This document shows, piece by piece, positions 18,281-26,124 of a stretch of DNA of 64,000 nt. The DNA lies in contig CANQEI010000006.1 in NCBI GenBank assembly GCA_947594845.1, positions 2,320 to 66,319 of the forward strand. The letters are read 5' to 3'. Both the position numbers and the translations under genes were made by a program. This stretch comes from an uncultured Clostridia bacterium (GTDB lineage Bacteria; Bacillota; Clostridia; TANB77; CAG-508). The first letter of the stretch is position 1, and each line of letters opens with the position of its first letter. Under the pieces are notes generated by a model, which made no database searches, was not told the DNA's origin, and was given only the letters and a program-made list of their open reading frames with translations.

Positions 18281-18826
18281 ATGGGATTCTTTGAAGATTT
18301 GGGTAAGAAAGTAAATGAAACAACTGCTAGTTTTCAAGAGACAACAAATAGAATAGAAAAAGAAAATAAATACAAAAAGACAATATCACAGAACAATAAA
18401 AAAATTGATGCGATTTATATTGAAATTGGAAAAAAGGTTTATGAATCAGATAAAAATGATAAATCTGCTATAAGTTTTATTGATGCAAGAAAAAAAGAAA
18501 TTTCAGAGATTTTAACTGAAAATGATAAATTGCAAACTGAAATTTTAGACTTGAATAATAAGAAAAGATGCTCAAATTGTGGAAAAGAGATTGAAAAAAA
18601 TGCGCCATTTTGTACTTATTGTGGAGAAAAACAAGAAGTACCAAAAGAAAATATTCCAGATGGAAAGAAAAAGTGTTCAAAGTGTGGAGAAATAATTGAT
18701 GATACTAATGTATTTTGCCCAAATTGTGGAACTAAATGTACCAATATAGGAGATGAAGAAGTGGCAAAAGTTGTTGAAGTTGATGAAATGGCAGAAGCAG
18801 ATGAACAAAAAAAGGTAGATAAGTAA
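18281..18826 (+). CDS. Double zinc-ribbon protein with an N-terminal helical region
   Basis: CSNCG...CTYCG and CSKCG...CPNCG pairs. Confidence 0.65.
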   Translation: MGFFEDLGKKVNETTASFQETTNRIEKENKYKKTISQNNKKIDAIYIEIGKKVYESDKNDKSAISFIDARKKEISEILTENDKLQTEILDLNNKKRCSNCGKEIEKNAPFCTYCGEKQEVPKENIPDGKKKCSKCGEIIDDTNVFCPNCGTKCTNIGDEEVAKVVEVDEMAEADEQKKVDK

Positions 18827-18827
18827 A

Positions 18828-19265
18828 ATGAAATTAGTTGTACAAAGAGTAAATAATGCTAGTGTTACTATAGATAAAGAAATAGTAGGAAAAATAGATA
18901 AAGGGCTTTTAGTATTACTTGGAGTTACTCATTCTGATACAAGAGAAAATGCAGATTTTTTAGTTAAAAAATTGTGTAATCTTCGTATATTTCAAGATGA
19001 GAATGAAAAGATGAATTTATCAGTAAAAGATATAAATGGTGAATTATTAATAGTATCTCAATTTACATTGTATGCAGATTGTAAAGGCGGAAATAGGCCT
19101 AGCTTTATTGAGAGTGCTAAACCTGATTATGCAAATGAATTGTATGAATATTTTGTTGAACAATGTAGAAAACAAGTAAGAAAAGTTGAAACAGGCGAGT
19201 TTGGTGCTCATATGGATGTAAGTATTTTAAATAATGGACCAGTCACAATCATATTGGAGAAATAA
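18828..19265 (+). CDS. dtd: D-aminoacyl-tRNA deacylase
   Basis: 'MKLVVQRV', 'SQFTLYAD' and 'NNGPVT'. Confidence 0.95.
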   Translation: MKLVVQRVNNASVTIDKEIVGKIDKGLLVLLGVTHSDTRENADFLVKKLCNLRIFQDENEKMNLSVKDINGELLIVSQFTLYADCKGGNRPSFIESAKPDYANELYEYFVEQCRKQVRKVETGEFGAHMDVSILNNGPVTIILEK

Positions 19266-19541
19266 TTAAATAGGATATCTTTCATAAATATATTTTATTA
19301 TTTCACTAATATTTGAGCTTGTTACTTTTATAAAAATATCTTCATCTAAATTTACCCAAACAGAAATATTGTATTGATCACTATTATCAACAACTACAGA
19401 AATTAAATCAATTAATTTTGCAGGGTCATCAAAGGAAAAAATTTCCGTTGACATTTGATTATGGTAGTTGTAAAATTTGTTTAAGAAATTTGATAGCATA
19501 CTTTTATCAGAACAATATAAATGAACACATGGTTTCTTCAT
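19266..19541 (-). CDS. 91-aa hypothetical protein
   Basis: One of only two credible minus-strand ORFs. Its stop codon abuts the dtd stop with zero spacing. GGAG lies upstream of the ATG on the minus strand. Confidence 0.5.
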   Translation of the reverse strand: MKKPCVHLYCSDKSMLSNFLNKFYNYHNQMSTEIFSFDDPAKLIDLISVVVDNSDQYNISVWVNLDEDIFIKVTSSNISEIIKYIYERYPI

Positions 19542-19629
19542 AGCAATCTCCTTAAAATTAGATTTATATTAGTTTTTACCAAAAAAGCAGTAAAAAATTA
19601 AAAAAAATCAAAAAAAAGGGAAAAAAAGC

Positions 19630-19657
19630 TTGCATTGTGATTATATTATGTTATAAT
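19630..19657 (+). promoter_or_regulatory. Promoter with extended -10 for the 117-aa LPXTG gene
   Basis: TTGCAT (19630-19635), 16-nt spacer, TGtTATAAT (19649-19657). Preceded by phased A-tracts. Confidence 0.55.
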
Positions 19658-19694
19658 ATTAATGTATGAATTATTGAAATGAAGGAGTAGAAGG

Positions 19695-20048
19695 ATGAAA
19701 AGAACAAATAAATTAAAAATATTAACAGTAATTTTAATGGCAATAATAGTTATTTGTACAGCTAGAATGACATTTGCAGCACAAATTACAACTATACCAG
19801 GAAGCTCAGGAAATTCAGCAGGAAACAATACAGTTAACAATTTAAGTAGTAATAATACACCAGAAAATAATGTAGTTCCTAATAATACTTTAAATACAAC
19901 AAACTATAATAATGTTGTAAACAATACTCAAAATACAACATTACCAAAAACTGGTGCTGAGTTATCTGTTGGTTTAGTAGGTTTAATTTCATTTGTTTCA
20001 ATTTCTGCTATTTATACATATATAAAAGTTAAAAAATATAATATTTAG
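19695..20048 (+). CDS. Small LPXTG-anchored surface protein (signal peptide, N/T-rich stalk, sorting signal)
   Basis: N-terminal signal peptide. 'LPKTGAE' followed by a hydrophobic segment and a KVKK tail. Confidence 0.75.
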   Translation: MKRTNKLKILTVILMAIIVICTARMTFAAQITTIPGSSGNSAGNNTVNNLSSNNTPENNVVPNNTLNTTNYNNVVNNTQNTTLPKTGAELSVGLVGLISFVSISAIYTYIKVKKYNI

Positions 20049-20060
20049 ATAAGTTATATT

Positions 20061-20092
20061 GAAGAACTGCTTTTACAGCAGTTCTTTTTTTG
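20061..20092 (+). terminator. Rho-independent terminator
   Basis: AAGAACTGC / GCAGTTCTT stem followed by a T-run. Confidence 0.75.
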
Positions 20093-20165
20093 TCGAATAT
20101 TTTCTTGAAAAATGATAGCATATAAAATATAATGTACTAGAAATTTGTTTTTAAAGGAGAATAAA

Positions 20166-21359
20166 ATGTACGAAGTATTTGCAGATATGCACATTCATAT
20201 TGGAAGAAGCGAAAATAATAAGCCTATAAAAATTACTGCAGCAAAAAGTTTAAATTTTGCTAATATTGCTAAAGAATGTGTTGAAAGAAAAGGAATAAAT
20301 ATAGCAGGTATAATAGATTGTGCTTCACCATACGTTATAGAAGATATTGAAAATTTTCTAAAAACAGGAGAAGCTTATGAAATTGAAGATGGAGGAATAA
20401 TATATAAAGATAAACTTTGTATTATTTTAGGTAGTGAAATAGAAACATCAGAACTAAATGAAAATGGAAAAACAGGCAGTGCACATAATCTTTGCTATTT
20501 TCCTAGGTTATCAGATATAAAGGCTTTTTCAAATGAAATGTCAAACCATATAAAAAATATTACTTTAAGCTCACAAAGGGCTGATATTTCAGCATATGAT
20601 TTAATTACAATAGTTCAAAAATATAATGGAATTTTAGTGCCAGCACATGCATTTACACCACATAAAAGTTTTTATGGAAATTGTACAAAAAGATTAGAAA
20701 GAATTTTTAAGGAAAAATATAAAGATATTTTTGCAATTGAGTTAGGATTAAGCGCAGATACTTTTTTGGCAGATAAAATAAGTGAGCTTGAAACAAAAAC
20801 TTTTTTGACTAATTCAGATGCACATTCTTTACCTAAGATTGCAAGAGAATATAATAAGTTGCAACTAGAAAATATTAGTTTTAAAGAATTTGTTATGGCT
20901 CTTAAAAATGAAGCTGGAAGAAAAATACTTGCTAACTATGGATTAGATCCAAAGCTTGGAAAATATCATAGAACATATTGCGAAGTTTGCAAGAAAAATA
21001 TTCCAGGGGATGCACCAGTTACCAAATGTGATACTTGTGATAGTAGAAACATAACAATGGGGGTATATGATAGAATAGAAATAATAAAGGATAAAAATGA
21101 AACTCAAAGTCCTAGTTTTAGACCAGAATATATTTATCAAATTCCATTAACTTTTATACCAGGATTAGGTGGAAAGACAATTGAAAAATTGTTAGATAAA
21201 TTTGATACGGAGATGAATATTTTACATAAACTATCTTATGATGATATTGAAGCTGCAATGGGGGATAAGATTGCTAATAGTATAGTTACAGCAAGAGAAG
21301 GAAAAATGAATATCACTGCTGGTGGCGGTGGTGTATATGGAAAAATAACTAAAGAGTAA
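20166..21359 (+). CDS. Endonuclease Q-like PHP-domain protein (TIGR00375 family)
   Basis: 'FADMHIHIGRS' PHP start, 'VPAHAFTPH', 'NSDAHS', zinc finger 'CEVCKK...CDTCDS' and a C-terminal helix-hairpin-helix-like 'IPGLGGKTIEKLL'. An AGGAGA RBS precedes ATG 20166. Confidence 0.6.
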   Translation: MYEVFADMHIHIGRSENNKPIKITAAKSLNFANIAKECVERKGINIAGIIDCASPYVIEDIENFLKTGEAYEIEDGGIIYKDKLCIILGSEIETSELNENGKTGSAHNLCYFPRLSDIKAFSNEMSNHIKNITLSSQRADISAYDLITIVQKYNGILVPAHAFTPHKSFYGNCTKRLERIFKEKYKDIFAIELGLSADTFLADKISELETKTFLTNSDAHSLPKIAREYNKLQLENISFKEFVMALKNEAGRKILANYGLDPKLGKYHRTYCEVCKKNIPGDAPVTKCDTCDSRNITMGVYDRIEIIKDKNETQSPSFRPEYIYQIPLTFIPGLGGKTIEKLLDKFDTEMNILHKLSYDDIEAAMGDKIANSIVTAREGKMNITAGGGGVYGKITKE

Positions 21360-21385
21360 AAAGAAAAGATATATAAGTTTTTTAT

Positions 21386-21440
21386 TTGAAGTTGTAAATA
21401 TAAAAATGCATTTTATTTTACAACTTCAAATTATTATTTC
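21386..21440 (+). terminator. Hairpin terminator
   Basis: 13-bp perfect stem TTGAAGTTGTAAA (21386-21398) / TTTACAACTTCAA (21417-21429). Confidence 0.6.
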
Positions 21441-21474
21441 GCAAAAAAATATGATTACTTTATTTCTAATTATC

Positions 21475-21504
21475 TTGAAATTTTTTCGTGTATTGTGCTA
21501 TAAT
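21475..21504 (+). promoter_or_regulatory. Promoter for tRNA-Thr
   Basis: TTGAAA (21475-21480), 18-nt spacer, TGcTATAAT (21496-21504). Confidence 0.6.
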
Positions 21505-21523
21505 CTTTTTGATTTTCGGATAT

Positions 21524-21599
21524 GCCATTGTAGCTCAGTTGGTAGAGCAACAGATTCGTAACCTGTAGGTCGGCGGTTCAATTCCGCCCAATGGCTCCA
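21524..21599 (+). tRNA. tRNA-Thr (anticodon CGU), CCA encoded
   Basis: Acceptor stem GCCATTG/CAATGGC, D arm GCTC-AGTTGGTA-GAGC, anticodon loop TTCGTAA, T arm GGCGG-TTCAATT-CCGCC, then discriminator T and CCA. Confidence 0.9.
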
Positions 21600-21636
21600 A
21601 TGATAAATCTGTTCGAACTTTTTTGAAATAGTAGAG

Positions 21637-21669
21637 AAAAAAACAATCAGAATTAACTGATTGTTTTTT
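21637..21669 (+). terminator. Rho-independent terminator after the tRNA
   Basis: AAACAATCAG / CTGATTGTTT stem followed by a T-run. Confidence 0.8.
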
Positions 21670-21721
21670 GTGTGAAAAGGCAAAAGTTGATTTTTGAGAA
21701 GTAAAATGTTAAAATATAAAT

Positions 21722-21958
21722 GTATTTCAATTTAGTTATGTTTTAAAAAGAAACCTAGTAGAATTTTATAGTTACCTATAGAGAGATAATGGTTGGTGGA
21801 AATTATCAGTATATAAAATTTGAATTACAATTCTTACAGTAACTAACGGGTGGCTACGAATAAGCTATAAAAGAGGCAATATTGCATTGTTAATATTGTG
21901 AATAAAGGTGGTACAACGAAGTCAATTCGTCCTTTAAATGGATGAATTGGCTTTTTTG
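21722..21958 (+). promoter_or_regulatory. T-box riboswitch leader, tyrosine-specific by context
   Basis: Upstream promoter: TTGATT (21687-21692), 17-nt spacer, TGtTAAAAT. Stem I elements AGAGAG and GGTGGAAA. UAC-purine triplets in the returning strand. T-box sequence AATAAAGGTGGTACAACGAAG (about 21901-21921). Terminator GTCAATTCGTCC/GGATGAATTGGC followed by TTTTTT. Confidence 0.85.
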
Positions 21959-21976
21959 AATTTTGGAGGTGATGTT

Positions 21977-22072
21977 ATGGCCCAATGTTTTATAAATAAG
22001 TTAAAAAATCAAGGGCTATTATATGAATATCTATACAAGATAATAAAATATCAAATAAAGAATGGAGATTAA
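21977..22072 (+). CDS. Possible 31-aa Tyr-rich small ORF between the T-box terminator and the TyrRS gene
   Basis: GGAGGTG RBS 5 nt before the ATG. Encodes MAQCFINKLKNQGLLYEYLYKIIKYQIKNGD. The stop lies 4 nt before the TyrRS ATG at 22077. Too short to judge coding potential. Confidence 0.3.
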   Translation: MAQCFINKLKNQGLLYEYLYKIIKYQIKNGD

Positions 22073-22076
22073 TAGT

Positions 22077-23243
22077 ATGGATAATTTAGAAATAATAAAA
22101 AGAAAAGCAATACAAATATTTAATGAAGAGGATCTAGAAAGAAAAATAAATAGTGGGAAAAAGTTAATAATAAAGTTTGGAGCAGATCCGTCAAGACCAG
22201 ATTTGCATATAGGACATTCGGTTCCTTTAAGAGTATTAAAAGCATTTCAAGATATGGGACATAAAGTTGTATTTGTAATAGGTGATTTTACTGCAATGAT
22301 AGGTGATCCGTCTGGTAAAAGTAAAACAAGACCTGCACTTACATTTGAAGAAACACGAAAATCTGCAGAAACGTATTTAGAACAAGTTACTAAAATATTA
22401 GATAAAGAAAAAACGGAAATTGTTTTTAACTCAGAATGGTTATCAAAAATGAGTTTTGAAGATGTAATAAAATTGTCTAGTAAATATACTGTTGCAAGAA
22501 TTATGGAAAGGGATGACTTTAAAAATAGATTTGAAAATAATTTACCATTATCTATGCATGAATTATTATATCCTTTAATGCAAGGATATGATTCAGTTGC
22601 AATAAATGCAGATATTGAAATTGGTGGAACTGACCAAACATTTAATTTACTTGTTGGAAGAGAACTTCAAAAAGATTATGGACAAGAAAGCCAGGTTGTA
22701 ATGACATTTCCGTTACTTATAGGTTTAGATGGAAATGAAAAAATGAGTAAATCATTAGGGAATTATATCGGATTAAATGATTCTCCTTTTGAAAAGTTTG
22801 AAAAAAGCATGAAGATACCAGATAATTTATTAAAGCAATATTTTGAATTAGCAACTGATTTACCAACAGATCAAATTGATGAAATAATGGACAAAGACAT
22901 AAGAGAAGCACATATGATTTTTGCTAAAGAACTTCTAAAAATGTATGATGATATAAACGAATTTGAAAAAGTTAAAGAAAGATATTTACAAGTTGCAAAA
23001 GGGGCTATTCCTGACGATATTGAAAAAATTTATATATCAGAAAATGAAATAAATATTTGTGAATTATTAGTAAAAATTAAATTTGCAAATTCTAAGAGTG
23101 AAGCTAGAAGAATGATACAAGGAAATGGAATAAAAATCAATTCCAATTTGGAAAATGATATAAATAAGATTATAAAGGTTGAAAATGGAGTGGTTATCCA
23201 ATTTGGTAAAAATAAATTTAAGAAGGTATATTTGGTAAAATAA
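22077..23243 (+). CDS. Tyrosyl-tRNA synthetase, copy 2 (divergent type, T-box controlled)
   Basis: 'PDLHIGH', 'GDFTAMIGDPSGKSKTRP', 'KMSKSLGN' and a C-terminal S4 domain 'EARRMIQGNGIKIN'. GGAG at 22064-22067 favours ATG 22077 over 22062. Confidence 0.93.
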   Translation: MDNLEIIKRKAIQIFNEEDLERKINSGKKLIIKFGADPSRPDLHIGHSVPLRVLKAFQDMGHKVVFVIGDFTAMIGDPSGKSKTRPALTFEETRKSAETYLEQVTKILDKEKTEIVFNSEWLSKMSFEDVIKLSSKYTVARIMERDDFKNRFENNLPLSMHELLYPLMQGYDSVAINADIEIGGTDQTFNLLVGRELQKDYGQESQVVMTFPLLIGLDGNEKMSKSLGNYIGLNDSPFEKFEKSMKIPDNLLKQYFELATDLPTDQIDEIMDKDIREAHMIFAKELLKMYDDINEFEKVKERYLQVAKGAIPDDIEKIYISENEINICELLVKIKFANSKSEARRMIQGNGIKINSNLENDINKIIKVENGVVIQFGKNKFKKVYLVK

Positions 23244-23344
23244 CTGGAAAATATGAAAAGTAGAAATATAAAGTTGTGTTTTTGAATAAAAATATGCTAT
23301 ACTGCAAACATGTATTATAAATAATATTTTTAGGGGGTATATAT

Positions 23345-24385
23345 ATGCCAGAGATAGTACAAAAAGTAAGAATTCCTTATGAAAGAAAAGAAAAAACGTT
23401 ACATTCGTTTTTGGCTTTAAAATTTCATGATGGAGATGAAGATAAGGCAAAAGTTGAATCTATTGAAACAGCATTAAATAAAGCAGGAATCGAAATTACT
23501 TTAATGGCACGAGATGTTGAAAAATGGGGAAATGCAAATATTCCAAAAGACAAGACTTTGATGAAAGATTATGCTTTTCCAGCAATGATGCAGTGTGACT
23601 GTAATATAATCGAATTTAGTGAGAAAGGCGTAGGACTTGGTATTAATGCTGGATTCTGTTATGCGAATGGTAAGCCAATTTATGTTATTGCCAAAAAGAA
23701 TAGTGATATTTCTACAACAATAGCAAATATTGCTACAGAAATTATTTTTTATGATACCCCAGAGGATTTAATAGAACCATTTACAAGAATTGTAAATAAT
23801 TTTCCACGTATCATTTTAGCTTCAAAGTCTGCTGTTCGCAAACAGCAACTTAAAGATAGCAGTATTCCATTTGAAGTTATTGTTAGTAAAGCTGATGAAA
23901 CACCTGATAGCACTAAATCTTTCAAAAATCAATTAGCTGAAATTTCTATGAGAAAAGCTAAAACTGTTTTTGAAAAGACAAAAGATAGAGGATTAAGGCT
24001 TATTATTGCTGGTGATCAGAATATTGTATTTGATGGAGCAATGTATGGAAAACCTAAGTCTATTGCTGATGCACGTAATCTTCTTAGTAGAATGAGAGGT
24101 TCAGAAGAAGTTTTTGCATATACTGGTAATGCTGTATTACTTGCTAAAAATGACCAAATTCTTCAAAGCGTTAATATTACAGATGTTGCAAGATTAAGTA
24201 TTGATAATATTTCTGATGAAGAGATGGATAATTATTTGAAAGATGGAACTTGTTTATCTTTATGTGGAGGAATATCAATTAATAATGCTTTGTTTGTACA
24301 TCTTAAAGAAGGGCGTTTATCAACTGCTAGGGGAATGACTTTAGAATATGCCAAAGAAATGATGTCAAGTCTTACAGAAAATTAA
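23345..24385 (+). CDS. Fusion protein: N-terminal nucleoside 2-deoxyribosyltransferase-like Rossmann domain plus C-terminal Maf-like nucleotide pyrophosphatase
   Basis: The C-terminal half has Maf landmarks ('ILASKSAVR', 'ADETP', 'RKAKT', 'AGDQNIVFDG..YGKPKS'). The N-terminal ~160 aa ('CDCNIIEFSEKGVGLGINAGFCYANGKPIYVI') resemble the NDT-like fold. Confidence 0.6.
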   Translation: MPEIVQKVRIPYERKEKTLHSFLALKFHDGDEDKAKVESIETALNKAGIEITLMARDVEKWGNANIPKDKTLMKDYAFPAMMQCDCNIIEFSEKGVGLGINAGFCYANGKPIYVIAKKNSDISTTIANIATEIIFYDTPEDLIEPFTRIVNNFPRIILASKSAVRKQQLKDSSIPFEVIVSKADETPDSTKSFKNQLAEISMRKAKTVFEKTKDRGLRLIIAGDQNIVFDGAMYGKPKSIADARNLLSRMRGSEEVFAYTGNAVLLAKNDQILQSVNITDVARLSIDNISDEEMDNYLKDGTCLSLCGGISINNALFVHLKEGRLSTARGMTLEYAKEMMSSLTEN

Positions 24386-24515
24386 TTATTGAATGTGTTA
24401 TTATGAGTTTATTCTTTTTCATATTAAAATATTTCCAAAAATATTTAGTAAATATTGAAAAAAAATATCATTATATATATAATTTTCTTGGAAATCCGAT
24501 AAAAGGAGACATATA

Positions 24516-24650
24516 ATGGGAAAAATTACAGGAAATGAACTTGGTAATCAAGTAAAATCTTATATTGAAAATGTGCAGGAAAGATATGAAACTAAAAATA
24601 ATATGAATGAACAACGAACAAATGATGAAAATTCTAATGTATTAGAATAA
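24516..24650 (+). CDS. 44-aa small ORF coupled to the downstream gene
   Basis: AAAGGAGA RBS. The stop TAA overlaps the ATG at 24650 (TAATG). Confidence 0.4.
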   Translation: MGKITGNELGNQVKSYIENVQERYETKNNMNEQRTNDENSNVLE

Positions 24651-24661
24651 TGGAGATTAAT

Positions 24662-25117
24662 ATGGTTAATAAAGAATATGCTGATGCATATACTGAAATT
24701 TTGGAAATACTAACTTATATAGATGTTGATGATTACAGAAAAATACCTAATGATATGATAAAATTTTTTATAGCAAATGCAAATAAGAAATATAATTTTG
24801 TTTATGATCCTACAAAAACTTTAGAGGAAAATAAGGTTTCGGAGAGAGCAAAAAAGATTATTGCTGTTTTGTTTTGCGATTATTGGGCAACTGATTCTCA
24901 AAAAGAAAAAATCAAAGAATATGATAAAAAATATTTCCAACGTATAGAGAAAGAAAAAAAAGAAAAATACAATCCGGATGAAATTTTTGGAAACACTGAA
25001 AAAGAAGAAGAAAGAATGATGGGACAGATAAAAGAAAGAATGCAGCTATTAGAGTACGAAGAACCAAAGTGGTATAAGAGAATTTTTAGCAAGATTTTTT
25101 CTTTTAAAAAAAAATAA
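24662..25117 (+). CDS. About 150-aa protein of unknown family; paralog of 37354..37803
   Basis: Shares TEILEI, IP..I.F, DY.AT.SQKEK.K, KEKY and a C-terminal amphipathic '..F.KI...FKK' with the other copy. The start is either 24650 or 24662 (GGAG at 24652-24655). Confidence 0.75.
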   Translation: MVNKEYADAYTEILEILTYIDVDDYRKIPNDMIKFFIANANKKYNFVYDPTKTLEENKVSERAKKIIAVLFCDYWATDSQKEKIKEYDKKYFQRIEKEKKEKYNPDEIFGNTEKEEERMMGQIKERMQLLEYEEPKWYKRIFSKIFSFKKK

Positions 25118-25128
25118 AGGAGTATGTA

Positions 25129-26034
25129 ATGGGATTCTTTGAAAAACTTAAAAATGGATTAGGAAAAACAAAAGATACTATTAATGAAAAAATAAATGGT
25201 GTTTTTGCAAACTTTAGAAAAGTTGATGAAGAACTATTAGATGAATTAGAAGAAGTTTTAGTAATGTCTGATATAGGAATTGAAACTTCAGTTAAAATTA
25301 TTGACGAATTGCGTAATAGAATAAAAAAAGAAAAAATAGAAGATGAAGAGGATGTAAAAAAGGCTCTTAGAGAAGAAATGATGAAATTATTGGATGTAGG
25401 TACTACAGATTTAGATATTTCAACTACTCCAGCCGTAATTTTAGTTATTGGTGTTAATGGTGTTGGAAAAACTACATCTATTGGAAAAATTGCAAATAAT
25501 CTAAGAAAGAGTGGAAAAAAAGTAGTTATTGCTGCTGCAGATACTTTTAGAGCTGCTGCAGTTGAACAAGTTGAAATTTGGGCTAAACGAGCTCAATGTG
25601 ATTTAGTGAAAAGACCAGAAGGAACAGATCCTGCTTCAGTTGTTTTTGATGCTATACAATATACAAAAGAAAATAATGCAGATGTGTTAATTTGTGATAC
25701 TGCGGGAAGGTTGCATAATAAGAAAAATTTAATGGATGAATTGGCAAAGATAAATAAAATTATAAATCGAGAATTACCAAATTCATCTAAAGAAGTTTTA
25801 TTGGTTTTAGATGGTACAACAGGGCAAAATGCAATAATGCAAGTTAAAGCTTTTAAGGAAACAACTGATATAACAGGAATTGTATTAACAAAATTAGATG
25901 GAACAGCTAAAGGTGGAGTTGTAATAGGAATTGTTGATGAAAATAAAATACCAGTAAAATACATTGGAGTAGGAGAGCAAATTGATGACATGGAGGTATT
26001 TAATAGTGAGGATTTTCTAAAAGCAATCATATAA
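25129..26034 (+). CDS. ftsY: Signal recognition particle receptor FtsY
   Basis: 'GVNGVGKTTSIGK', 'DTAGR' and 'TKLDGTAKGG'. Confidence 0.96.
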   Translation: MGFFEKLKNGLGKTKDTINEKINGVFANFRKVDEELLDELEEVLVMSDIGIETSVKIIDELRNRIKKEKIEDEEDVKKALREEMMKLLDVGTTDLDISTTPAVILVIGVNGVGKTTSIGKIANNLRKSGKKVVIAAADTFRAAAVEQVEIWAKRAQCDLVKRPEGTDPASVVFDAIQYTKENNADVLICDTAGRLHNKKNLMDELAKINKIINRELPNSSKEVLLVLDGTTGQNAIMQVKAFKETTDITGIVLTKLDGTAKGGVVIGIVDENKIPVKYIGVGEQIDDMEVFNSEDFLKAII

Positions 26035-26124
26035 ATGTAATAAAATTGTAATGAAAAAAACTTGAAAAAAGAAAATTTTAGTATTAATATGTAATAAAGA
26101 ATTGATATTTGAGGAGATTCGAAA

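Noticed and set aside
21498-21683. 61-aa minus-strand ORF.
   Set aside because: It is antisense to tRNA-Thr and its terminator. The translation contains the tRNA complement and there are no expression signals.
23067-23450. 127-aa minus-strand ORF spanning the end of TyrRS-2, the intergenic region and the start of the Maf-fusion gene.
   Set aside because: It crosses a promoter region and two well-supported + strand genes, has a low-complexity translation and shows no RBS.
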